Shown one piece after another: positions 7,804-16,594 of a stretch of 64,000 nucleotides of DNA (position 1 is the first letter of the stretch; every line of letters starts with the position of its first letter). Position numbers and translations under genes: made by a program. This DNA is from Betaproteobacteria bacterium SCGC AG-212-J23. GTDB lineage: Bacteria; Pseudomonadota; Gammaproteobacteria; Burkholderiales; SG8-39. Below the pieces are notes generated by a model. That model did no database searches, had not been told where the DNA came from, and saw only the letters and a program-made list of their open reading frames with translations. Where the stretch lies: NCBI GenBank assembly GCA_001644455.1, contig LSTF01000001.1:13109-77108 (forward strand), read 5' to 3'.

Positions 7804-10356
7804 GTGCAAATCGAGAAGGGAAAGCTGTTTTCGCGGCTGGCCGAAGGCCACGCGGCGCGCATCACCGTCGTCACGCCGAACAAGCGCCTCTCGCAGGCGC
7901 TGATGCTCGAGTTCGACTCGTTTCAAATAGAGAGAAAACTGTCCGTCTGGGAGGCGCCCGACATCCTGCCGTTCGGCGCCTTCGTGCAGCGCCTCTACGA
8001 GGACGGGCTCTATTCCGATCTCTCCGCCGAGCTGCCGATGCTCCTCACGCCGGCGCAGGAAGAGGAGATCTGGAAGCAGGTCGTCGCCGGCAGCGGCCTG
8101 CTGGCCGTGGACGGAACCGCGGCGAAGTGCCGCGACGCCTGGAACCTCGCCAACCTGTGGCGCGTTCGCCCGGGCGAGAGCAACGAGGACACCAGCGCTT
8201 TTTCCCAATGGTTGAATCACTACAAGAGAAAAATCGGCAGCGACGTCGATAGCGCGCAGCTTCCCGACCTGCTGCACAAGTTCCTGCCCGAGCTGAAGCG
8301 GCCGAAGACTGTCGTCGCCTACGCCTTCGACATCCTGCCGCCGCAGACGAAGGAATTCCTGGACGCGCTGGGAATCGAAGTTCTCTTTTCGAAGCCGACC
8401 CCTCGCGCCGGCGGCGCTTCGCGAGCGGCCTTCGACTCGCCGAAGAAGGAGCTCGAGGCCGCGGCGCAGTGGGCGAGGGCGCGGCTCGAGGCGGGCGCGA
8501 CGCGGATTGGCGTTGTTTTTCCTTCTTTGCAGGAAAGGAGAAAAGAAGTCGCGCGGGTTTTCTCGCGCGTCATGGGCGATGTGAAGCCGTTCAATATCTC
8601 GATCGGCATTCCCCTGGATCGGTACCCGGTCGTCGCGCTTGCCTTGCTGGTGCTTCGCTTTTCGGAAGAGCAACTCTCCTTCGACGAGGTGAGCAGGCTG
8701 GTGCGCTCGCCCTTCATCGGCGGCGCCGAGAGCGAGCTCGGCGCGCGCATGAAGCTCGACCTGCGCCTGCGCGACAAGCTCGGCGCGACGGTGGCGCTGC
8801 CGAAGCTGATCGCTTTCCTGGACAAGAGCCTGGTCCTGAGGCAGAAGCTCGAAAAAGCCTTTGCCTTGCGCGAGACCGGGCTCTTCGCGCAGAAGACGCC
8901 GGCCGAGTGGGCGCGGCATTTCTCGGCGGTTCTCGAAGCCGCCGGCTTCCCCGGCGAGCGCCCGCTCGATTCGGACGAATTCCAGGCGCGGGCCAAGTGG
9001 CACGAGGCGCTCGGCGAGCTCTCGAAGCTGGACCGAATTTCTTCGCCGTTGCCTTTCAATGAAGTCTTCTCGATCTTGAGAAAGATTTGTGCCGACACGC
9101 TTTTCCAGCCCGAGACCCCCGACACGCCGATCCAGGTGCTGGGCCTCCTCGAGTCGGTCGGCGCGGAGTTCGACCATCTCTGGGTGACCGGCCTCACCGA
9201 CGAGGCCTGGCCGCTGAAGAGCGCGCCGAATCCCTTCCTGCCGCTCGCGCCGCAGAGGAAGGCCGGCATCCCCGAGGCGAGCGCGGAGACTTCGCTCGCG
9301 CTCGACCGGCGCATCACCGACGGCTGGAAGCAGGCCGCGGGCGAAGTGGTGTTCTCGTTCTTCACCAAGGAGCAGGACCGCGACGTGCTGGCAAGCCCGC
9401 TGATCGCCGACGTCCCCGAGAAGAAGGTCGAGGTTCCCGCTTTCCCGAGACTGCGCGACTTGATCTTTGCTTCTCGAAAAGTTCAGATCATCGAAGATCG
9501 CGTCGCGCCCGCCGTTAGGGCAAAACAGATCCGCAGCGGTACCAAGGTCCTCTCCGACCAGGCGGCGTGCCCGTTCCGCGCCTTCGCGCGCCATCGCCTC
9601 TCCGCCGAGGAGATGGAGGAGCCCGCCGACGGCCTCGACGCCTCGGAGCGCGGCAAGCTGGTGCACGAGCTGATGAGGCACCTGTGGGAACAAATAAAAA
9701 ATTCAGAAGGGTTGAAAGGCGATGTTTCATCGGCCATCGAGCAAGCCGCGGCAGCCGCGGTGAAGGAACTCAAGCTCGAAGGCCGCATCGCCGAGCTCGA
9801 GCGCGCGCGCCTGGCGCGCCTCGCGCGCGAATGGCTGGAGGTCGAGAAGGCGCGTCCCGCCTTCAGTATTTTTTCCCTGGAAGAAAAACGAACCCTCGAG
9901 TTCGCCGGCCTGGAGTTCGGCGCGCGCATCGACCGCATGGACAAGCTCGAGAGCGGCGGCCACGCGATCATCGACTACAAGACCGGCGGCAGCATCACGC
10001 CGCGGCGCTGGGACCCGCCGCGCCCCGACGAGCCGCAGCTCGCGCTCTACGCGGTGGCGGCGAAGGAGGAGATCTCCGCCGTCGCCTTCGCCAAGGTGCG
10101 TCCCGGCGAGATGCGCTTCATGGGCTACTCGCGCGACGACAAGGCGATCCCCAAGGTGCAGAAGGCGAAGGCGTGGCAGCCGCTGCTGCGCGCCTGGAAG
10201 GACGAGGCCGAGTCGCTCGGCACTTCGTTCGCGCGCGGCGACGCGGGCGTCGACCCCAAGAAGGACCTCATGACCTGCCGCTACTGCGGCCTGGAGACGC
10301 TCTGCCGCGTCTACGAGAAGATCAACGTGCTGGCGGAAGAGGAATTCGAAGAGTGA
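7804..10356 (+). CDS. addB: AddB-like PD-(D/E)XK nuclease subunit with Fe-S cysteines
   Basis: Degenerate helicase-like N-terminus (VVTPNKRL), ACPFRAF, RIDRMD, IIDYKTG, QLALY, CRYCGLETLC; coupled to a UvrD-type gene. Confidence 0.85.
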   Translation: MQIEKGKLFSRLAEGHAARITVVTPNKRLSQALMLEFDSFQIERKLSVWEAPDILPFGAFVQRLYEDGLYSDLSAELPMLLTPAQEEEIWKQVVAGSGLLAVDGTAAKCRDAWNLANLWRVRPGESNEDTSAFSQWLNHYKRKIGSDVDSAQLPDLLHKFLPELKRPKTVVAYAFDILPPQTKEFLDALGIEVLFSKPTPRAGGASRAAFDSPKKELEAAAQWARARLEAGATRIGVVFPSLQERRKEVARVFSRVMGDVKPFNISIGIPLDRYPVVALALLVLRFSEEQLSFDEVSRLVRSPFIGGAESELGARMKLDLRLRDKLGATVALPKLIAFLDKSLVLRQKLEKAFALRETGLFAQKTPAEWARHFSAVLEAAGFPGERPLDSDEFQARAKWHEALGELSKLDRISSPLPFNEVFSILRKICADTLFQPETPDTPIQVLGLLESVGAEFDHLWVTGLTDEAWPLKSAPNPFLPLAPQRKAGIPEASAETSLALDRRITDGWKQAAGEVVFSFFTKEQDRDVLASPLIADVPEKKVEVPAFPRLRDLIFASRKVQIIEDRVAPAVRAKQIRSGTKVLSDQAACPFRAFARHRLSAEEMEEPADGLDASERGKLVHELMRHLWEQIKNSEGLKGDVSSAIEQAAAAAVKELKLEGRIAELERARLARLAREWLEVEKARPAFSIFSLEEKRTLEFAGLEFGARIDRMDKLESGGHAIIDYKTGGSITPRRWDPPRPDEPQLALYAVAAKEEISAVAFAKVRPGEMRFMGYSRDDKAIPKVQKAKAWQPLLRAWKDEAESLGTSFARGDAGVDPKKDLMTCRYCGLETLCRVYEKINVLAEEEFEE

Positions 10357-13300
10357 GCGAGATGAAGGACGCCGCCCAGCGGGAACGCGCGCTCGACGTG
10401 CGCCACTCGTTCATCGTCCAGGCGCCCGCCGGCTCCGGGAAGACGGATTTGCTGGTGCGTCGCTTTCTGAAGCTGCTGGCCACGGCAAAAAAGCCGGAAG
10501 AAATCCTCGCCATCACGTTTACGAAGAAAGCCGCGGCGGAGATGCGCAAGCGCATCCTCAAAGAGCTTCCGAACTCCGCCGAGGTCGCCCACCGCCTTCG
10601 CATCCAGACCATCGACGCTTTCTGTGCAGCCTTGACTCGTCAAGTCCCGGTGCTCGCCCGCTTCGGCGCGCAGCCCGAGATCATCGAGGACGCGCGGCCA
10701 CTCTACAAGGAAGCCGCGGGGCGCGTCTTCGAGGAATTCAATCCCGCGACCGAGCGGCTGCTCGCGCACCTCGACAACAACATCCCGCTCGCCACCGACC
10801 AGCTCGCGAAGATGCTCGAGAGCCGCGACCGCTGGCTGCGCAAGACCGGCGCGGTGCCGACGCGGCAGGAGCTGGAAGCGACCCTGGTCTCCGAAAGGAA
10901 TCGCCTTCTCCACAAAGCCAAGGCCCTTTACCCGAAAGCCTCGGAAGCTCTCGCGCGCGGCTTCCTGACGCAGAAGGGCGAGTGGACCAAGCGCTCCCCG
11001 CCGCCGCCCGAGTTCGTCCAGATCGCCGGCCTGCGCGAAGCGCTCTGGGCGCTCTACAACATGCCGCCGGAGAAGTACGAGGACCGGCAATGGGAGGCGC
11101 TGGAAGCGATCCTCGCGCTGCTCAAGCCCGCCGTCGCGCAGCTGAAGGTGCTGTTCGGCGAGCGCGGCCAGGCCGACTTCACCGAGTTCGCGCACGGCGC
11201 GCTCGCCGCGCTCGGCTCGGTCGACGACCCGAGCGATCTCCTGCTCTCGCTCGACCAGAAGATCTCGCACATCCTGGTCGATGAGTTCCAGGACACTTCG
11301 CTTTCCCAATATGAATTACTTGTGAAGTTGACCTCGGGGTGGTCCGCCGACGACGGCCGCACGCTCTTCCTCGTCGGCGACCCGATGCAGTCGATCTACC
11401 GCTTCCGCGAAGCCGAGGTGTCTTTGTTTTTGCGCGCCAAGCACTCCGGCGTCGGTTCCGTTTCCCTCGAGCCGATCGAGCTCAGCACCAACCGCCGCTC
11501 GCAGGAAGGCCTCGTCGAGTGGTTCAACGCCGCCTTCCCGCGGGTTTTACCTTCACAAGAGGATCAAACCTCCGGGGCTGTCCCGTACCTCCCCGCCACG
11601 CCCTTCGAGCCGAAGCTCGATGGCACCGCCGTGAGCTGGCACTGCGGCTATGACCGCGAAGCCGAAGCAGCCCAAGTTGTTTCAATCGTTAAATCTTCCC
11701 CCGGGAAAAAAGCAATTCTGGTCCGCAACCGCGCCCACCTCGACGAGATCGTCCCCGCGCTCAAGGAGGCGGGCGTGCGCTTCAAGGCGCTCGACATCGA
11801 GCAGCTCGGCGAGAAGCAGGTGGTGCAGGACCTCTATGCCCTGACGCGCGCGCTCCTGCACCTCGGCGACCGCATCGCCTGGCTCGCCCTCCTCAGGGCG
11901 CCTTGGTGCGGCCTGACGCTCGCCGACCTGCTGGCCTTGTCGGTTGGCCCCCCTGACAAGGGGGGAAGCGAGTTTACGAGCGGGGGGTTTTTGGTTTTCG
12001 ATCTTTTGAACGATTCCGTCCATTTGTCCCCCGACGGCTACGCCCGCGTCTCCCGCCTTCGCGATGTGCTCAAGCCGCTGATCGACAACCGCCTGCGCGG
12101 CTCCTTGCGCGAGCGCGTCGAGGGCGCGTGGCTCGCGCTCGGCGGCCCCGCGTGCGTCGAGAGCGCCACCGACCTCGAGGACGCCGAGATCTTCCTCGAC
12201 GAGCTCGAGCGCCTGGAAGAGGCGGGCGAGGTCGACCTCGCCGCCCTCGAAGACCGGATCAAGGGCCGCCTCTACGCGCTCCCCGATGTCGAGGCCCCCG
12301 ACGACGCGGTCGAGATCATGACCATCCACCGCGCCAAGGGTCTCGAGTTCGACCACGTGATCGTCCCCGGCCTCGACCGCCTCCCTCGTTCGGGCCCCAA
12401 ACCACTTCTTGTTTGGAAGTCTTTGGTTTCTTCGGTTTTGCGCCCTGACTCGGGGGTTCGCTCGCCTCGGCCCCCTGACAAGGGGGCAGCGAACGAAGTG
12501 AGCGGGGGTTCTCTTCTCCTCGCGCCCATCGACGAGACCGGCGCCGGCGAAGACCCGACATATAAGTATGTGCGCGAGCTCGACAAGGACGCCGACGACA
12601 TCGAGTCCGGCCGCCTCTTCTACGTCGCCGCCACCCGCGCCAAGCAGCGCCTGCACCTCCTCGCCTGCGCGAAGGCAACCGAAGACCTCGCCGCCCGCGA
12701 TCCCTCGAAGCGCTCCCTCCTCAGCAAGATCTGGTGGCAAGCACGCGCGCACTTCGGCCCCGCGCCCGCCGATGCGATCGCCGAACCCGAGCGCATGCCG
12801 ATTCGAGATGTGTTGCAGCGGCTTCCTGCCGGCTTCGCTGTGCCAGGTGCGCCGACGTCGGTGAAGTGGAGCGCGCCGGAGGATGGACGTCAGGAAGAAG
12901 AGATCGAATTCTCATGGGCGGGCGAGACAGCGCGGCACGTCGGAACGGTGGTGCATCGGTGGCTGCAGCGAATTGCAGACGATGAGTTGCGCGAGTGGGA
13001 CGTGAAGCGCGTCGATGCCCTTAGGAAGAAATTCCGTACGGAGCTCGAACGGCGTGGTGTGCCACTACGCGATATCAAAGCCTCGCTCGAGGCGGTTGGA
13101 GGTGGGCTGAAGAATGCGATTTCAGATGAGCGCGGCCGTTGGATTCTTGGTCCGCATCTAGAGGCGCGCAGCGAGCATCGCCTGCGCGTGTCGGGCAAGA
13201 ACGGCGCGCGGAACTATGTCATTGATCGTCTATTCCGCGACACCTCTGGCGAACGGTGGATCGTGGACTTCAAGATCAGCAGTCACGAGGGCGGGGGGGT

Positions 13301-13430
13301 CGAGGCCTTTCTCGATGAGCAGCAAAAACGGTATGAGCCTCAACTCAACGCCTATGCGGCCTTGTTCGACCGGGCTCGCTTAGGGCTCTACTTCCCGCTT
13401 CTTCGAGGTTGGCGGCGCTGGGGCGCGTAG
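10353..13430 (+). CDS. addA: AddA-like UvrD helicase / C-terminal nuclease
   Basis: APAGSGKT Walker A, AITFTKKAA, LVDEFQD, VGDPMQSIYRFR, MTIHRAKGLEF, YVAATRAK, nuclease IDRL..IVDFK..QLNAY. GTG start overlaps the addB stop. Confidence 0.9.
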   Translation: MSEMKDAAQRERALDVRHSFIVQAPAGSGKTDLLVRRFLKLLATAKKPEEILAITFTKKAAAEMRKRILKELPNSAEVAHRLRIQTIDAFCAALTRQVPVLARFGAQPEIIEDARPLYKEAAGRVFEEFNPATERLLAHLDNNIPLATDQLAKMLESRDRWLRKTGAVPTRQELEATLVSERNRLLHKAKALYPKASEALARGFLTQKGEWTKRSPPPPEFVQIAGLREALWALYNMPPEKYEDRQWEALEAILALLKPAVAQLKVLFGERGQADFTEFAHGALAALGSVDDPSDLLLSLDQKISHILVDEFQDTSLSQYELLVKLTSGWSADDGRTLFLVGDPMQSIYRFREAEVSLFLRAKHSGVGSVSLEPIELSTNRRSQEGLVEWFNAAFPRVLPSQEDQTSGAVPYLPATPFEPKLDGTAVSWHCGYDREAEAAQVVSIVKSSPGKKAILVRNRAHLDEIVPALKEAGVRFKALDIEQLGEKQVVQDLYALTRALLHLGDRIAWLALLRAPWCGLTLADLLALSVGPPDKGGSEFTSGGFLVFDLLNDSVHLSPDGYARVSRLRDVLKPLIDNRLRGSLRERVEGAWLALGGPACVESATDLEDAEIFLDELERLEEAGEVDLAALEDRIKGRLYALPDVEAPDDAVEIMTIHRAKGLEFDHVIVPGLDRLPRSGPKPLLVWKSLVSSVLRPDSGVRSPRPPDKGAANEVSGGSLLLAPIDETGAGEDPTYKYVRELDKDADDIESGRLFYVAATRAKQRLHLLACAKATEDLAARDPSKRSLLSKIWWQARAHFGPAPADAIAEPERMPIRDVLQRLPAGFAVPGAPTSVKWSAPEDGRQEEEIEFSWAGETARHVGTVVHRWLQRIADDELREWDVKRVDALRKKFRTELERRGVPLRDIKASLEAVGGGLKNAISDERGRWILGPHLEARSEHRLRVSGKNGARNYVIDRLFRDTSGERWIVDFKISSHEGGGVEAFLDEQQKRYEPQLNAYAALFDRARLGLYFPLLRGWRRWGA
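11946..11990. repeat. Palindromic repeat copy 1, in frame within addA
   Basis: GGCCCCCCTGACAAGGGGGGAAGCGAGTTTACGAGCGGGGGGTTT; hairpin CCCCCCT-GACA-AGGGGGG; reads GPPDKGGSEFTSGGF. Confidence 0.8.
12443..12510. repeat. Palindromic repeat copy 2, in frame within addA
   Basis: GGCCCCCTGACAAGGGGGCAGCGAACGAAGTGAGCGGGGGTT with outer arm GTTCGCT(12456-62)/AGCGAAC(12488-94); reads PPDKGAANEVSGGS. Confidence 0.8.
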
Positions 13431-13855
13431 TCCCAACGATTGGTCGTGGTGCGTGCGGAAACAATCGTGAGCACAGTGCTGCACGCTTTGGCCAGGTTTC
13501 GATCGATCTCGTGTTCCCAAATGCGGATGACACCCCATCCATTCGATCGTAGCCACCGAGATACCTTCCGGTCTCTTTTCTTATTGGCTAGAAGTTTTGT
13601 CTTCCAAAACGCCCTACGCAACTTCGGCATGACGTAATGCTGCGGGCACCCGTGCCAAAAGCATCCGTCCACGAAGATCGCGACTCGGGCACCCGGAATG
13701 ACAAGGTCCGGCCTGCCCAGAATGGAATTCTTGATCCGATAGCGCACTCCACACGCCCACAAGGCTTTTCGGAACACAACCTCTAGTCTGGTGTCACGCC
13801 CGCGATTCCGCGACATGCAGTAGGCACGTTGCGCGGGTGAAAGAACATCAGCCAC
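13388..13855 (-). CDS. vsr: Very short patch repair endonuclease
   Basis: MADVLSPAQRAYCMSRNRGRDT, GRPDLV, IFVDGCFWHGCP, RIWEHE; lies beside a C5 methyltransferase. Confidence 0.95.
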   Translation of the reverse strand: MADVLSPAQRAYCMSRNRGRDTRLEVVFRKALWACGVRYRIKNSILGRPDLVIPGARVAIFVDGCFWHGCPQHYVMPKLRRAFWKTKLLANKKRDRKVSRWLRSNGWGVIRIWEHEIDRNLAKACSTVLTIVSARTTTNRWDYAPQRRQPRRSGK

Positions 13856-13870
13856 CGCACATCCTTGCGC

Positions 13871-14977
13871 TTATTCGGTCTCGACAACTACCTCGAGAGG
13901 CGTTTCGGCTGCAAAGGTTAAAGTCCGCGGGTCTACGGATATGGCATCCGCCTCAACACCTTTTGGTAGATTCGTGAGGACCTTAAGCACGCCTTCGGCA
14001 AAAGCCTTCATGGGACCAGAGACGCGGAGTTTCGCTTGGCGCTCCACGATTCCGTAGACGCGAAAGATGCGATAGTCCGTCGAGTCGCGCATCTCCAGCA
14101 GTTCAGCGATGGAGATGTGAAGAGGGTTTTCGAAAGGTCCTCTGGTCGTCTTCACGTCAACTAACTGGTTGGCAGCCTTCTCGCGGATTTCAAAGTCAAA
14201 GGGCATGATCGCGTTGTCCCGCGACGCCCATGTGAACGCCTCGATCCTGCCGGCCCCTAATTCGCGGGTGAGGTGGTCATTCACGAATTCCTCTCCAAGC
14301 GCTCCAATCTCCTCCGCCTTCTGTCGCGCCTGTTGTAGCTCTTCCTTGGAAATGCGCCTCAACCCAGACCGTCGCTTGAGCTCGCGCATTCCTTTCGCGC
14401 CACCGACTGCAGCGTCCTCGAGGGACGACTCCAACGAAGCTCCGGCGATTGGGAACGAGGCGAGAAGTCCCTGGTGATTGAGGAGGATGTCCAAGTCAAC
14501 CGGACTAATTTCGGACATCCGCCGCGACCCGAGGTGGCGATCGAACGCGGCGTGGAGCTTTGCGTCCAGCGCTTGGGACACGAGCGCTATGCGCATTGAA
14601 TCTGGAAAGTGCTGTCCCGTGAATTCAAGAAGAGCAATGTCGCCCTCTCTAAGGGTGTTGAACCTATCGGGCGATTCAGGGGGGTTAAAAATGAACTCGC
14701 CGTTCAAGCGCCAGTTCTTGTATTCACCTAGCTTGATGATCTTGCGCTGCAGGTTTAGACGTGGCGCGGGTCCCGGACCGTAAATGTCCAAGTCGACTGC
14801 AAACTTGCCTGCTCGGCTTTTCGCTTCGTCTGGCATGGCAGGAAACAGCAGTTCGACGAGCACATCAGCGTTCAGATTGATCGCCTTTTGGTTCCCTGCG
14901 TTCACATGTCGGAACTGCCATTCAAACAACGTTAGGTCTGAGCGGGTCAGTCGCTTGAGCGCCAGCTTCTTGTGCAT
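13871..14977 (-). CDS. Putative type II restriction endonuclease: B3/EcoRII-N-like DNA-binding domain plus DUF3883 PD-(D/E)XK nuclease
   Basis: N-terminal KRLTRSD..NQKAINL..KNWRL..LREGDIALL; C-terminal IGALGEEFV..PFDFEI..VDVKTT..ISIAE; coupled to the MTase stop (TAATG). Confidence 0.7.
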   Translation of the reverse strand: MHKKLALKRLTRSDLTLFEWQFRHVNAGNQKAINLNADVLVELLFPAMPDEAKSRAGKFAVDLDIYGPGPAPRLNLQRKIIKLGEYKNWRLNGEFIFNPPESPDRFNTLREGDIALLEFTGQHFPDSMRIALVSQALDAKLHAAFDRHLGSRRMSEISPVDLDILLNHQGLLASFPIAGASLESSLEDAAVGGAKGMRELKRRSGLRRISKEELQQARQKAEEIGALGEEFVNDHLTRELGAGRIEAFTWASRDNAIMPFDFEIREKAANQLVDVKTTRGPFENPLHISIAELLEMRDSTDYRIFRVYGIVERQAKLRVSGPMKAFAEGVLKVLTNLPKGVEADAISVDPRTLTFAAETPLEVVVETE

Positions 14978-16443
14978 TAGTGGAGGCCCAGACCGGTCTT
15001 GAAAGTCATTGCTATCCGATAGGCGAGCAGCGGGGGGACTGCATTGCCGATCTGGCGGAACGCTGGATTCATGGTCCCGGCAAAAGCGAAGCCATCAGGG
15101 AAGGACTGCAACCTAGCCGCCTCACGAACGGAGATGGTGCGGGCTTGGCTGCTGTCGTAGTGGATATGGGAATAACTGTCCTTGCCCAAGTGAGCCATGA
15201 GTGTTCGAGCAGGCTTGTTCCGCTCCATCTTTCGCCACTTGTTCGGAAACTTCCCCGGATCATAGGGCGGGACGATCGAACGCTTGACCCGCTCATACTC
15301 GGCGCTTCCCTCGCGTATACGCTTTCCGTTTCTTCGCATCGCCTTCAACTTTGCTTCAAAAAGGTCCAATGCGTGGCGGTGAGCAGCCGGATACTCGTCA
15401 CCCGCATTCATCTTGCTGAAGATTTGGTAGTCGCGTGGGAGCGATCTGATCACGTGGTCTAACACACCGCCATTCGCTTCAAATCCCGGCCACTCTCGCA
15501 TCTGGCGAGCGAAATCGGACAGTGGCTTCTTCTTCGGGTATGGAACTAGCTGAGTAAAGCGGCGAGCGCCCCTCTTGAGACCGCCATTCAAGTGCTCTGT
15601 AATGGAGGGCAAGTCAGAGATTGCGTCATACGCGGTTACCGCCGGAAGCAACGAGTCCTTCTCGGGCTCAGGAGGCGGAGTGTAGAACTGGTCCTGGTCG
15701 AACAAATCGTTGCGGAGCGTCTGAAGAGCTACTTGCCGCGAGCTCACATAGCCCCGCGGTAGTTCGATGTAGTTGAGTGGATTGGGAAATGCTGGTTCGG
15801 CTTTGAGTGATTCGTGATAGGCGATGAGGAACATGCGCTCCCGCATTTCTGGAACGCCATAGAAGACTGAATTTAGTAGCGTGTACCGACACTCATATCC
15901 AAGATCCGCAAGCGTCTCGCATATCTCCTCAGCGATGTTGTGCCCTCCGTAGTTGAGTACATCAGGCACGTTTTCCATGAGAAGTGCCAAAGGCTGGAGT
16001 TCACGCACATAGTGCAGATAGCGTAGGTAGAGGTTGCTTCGCGGGTCCAACTTGAACGCCCGCGGATGCTCCAACACTTCACGAAGCTTTGCGCGGCCAA
16101 CCCTCGCAAACGCTTGGCAAGGAGGGCCGCCAACAATTACGTCAACGACGCGTTCAGGTGGTTCCTGATGGCCGTGTTCCCTAAGGAAGTCCGCCGGCTC
16201 AGTCGATGTTATGTCTCGAGCTCTGGCGTGGATGTCCCTGATGTGCTTTGGCGCTTCCCGACTGAAATTCAGAGCGTGAGACTGCGCGGCATGTGGATCA
16301 AACTCCACTGCGCCGACTAGCTCAAAGCCGGCCCGATGAAATCCAAGCGAAATGCCGCCGCAACCGGCGAAAAGGTCTACGAGTCTCGGTCTGCCGCCAG
16401 CTTCTAGTCGAGCGATCTTTTGTCTGATCGTCTTGTTCAGCAC
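14977..16443 (-). CDS. dcm: DNA (cytosine-5)-methyltransferase
   Basis: Motif I DLFAGCGG, IV GGPPCQ, VI MENVP, VIII GVPEMRERMF, IX RTISVREAARLQSFPD, X QIGNAVPP. Confidence 0.95.
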   Translation of the reverse strand: MLNKTIRQKIARLEAGGRPRLVDLFAGCGGISLGFHRAGFELVGAVEFDPHAAQSHALNFSREAPKHIRDIHARARDITSTEPADFLREHGHQEPPERVVDVIVGGPPCQAFARVGRAKLREVLEHPRAFKLDPRSNLYLRYLHYVRELQPLALLMENVPDVLNYGGHNIAEEICETLADLGYECRYTLLNSVFYGVPEMRERMFLIAYHESLKAEPAFPNPLNYIELPRGYVSSRQVALQTLRNDLFDQDQFYTPPPEPEKDSLLPAVTAYDAISDLPSITEHLNGGLKRGARRFTQLVPYPKKKPLSDFARQMREWPGFEANGGVLDHVIRSLPRDYQIFSKMNAGDEYPAAHRHALDLFEAKLKAMRRNGKRIREGSAEYERVKRSIVPPYDPGKFPNKWRKMERNKPARTLMAHLGKDSYSHIHYDSSQARTISVREAARLQSFPDGFAFAGTMNPAFRQIGNAVPPLLAYRIAMTFKTGLGLH

Positions 16444-16594
16444 TATCTAAATCCCTTGGCCCTCTTCTTGTTGACCCTACTACCGTGCCCAGACGAGATG
16501 CATGAATAAATATACACCAGGACGCTGTCGCCGGAGCGGTGCTTTGGCAGCCGAAACCTACTGACTTAAGCTATCCGCCAACAAAGGGGGGCGT

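Noticed and set aside
9567-10352. ORF-track N-terminal extensions of AddA (also of the kinase from 1629, patatin from 21753, dinB from 53500)
   Set aside because: They overlap upstream genes in another frame; the real starts are coupled to or just after the upstream stops.
16502-16517. ATGAATAAATATACAC resembling a LexA SOS box in the island promoter region
   Set aside because: Both essential ends deviate from CTG...CAG; more likely AT-rich promoter sequence.
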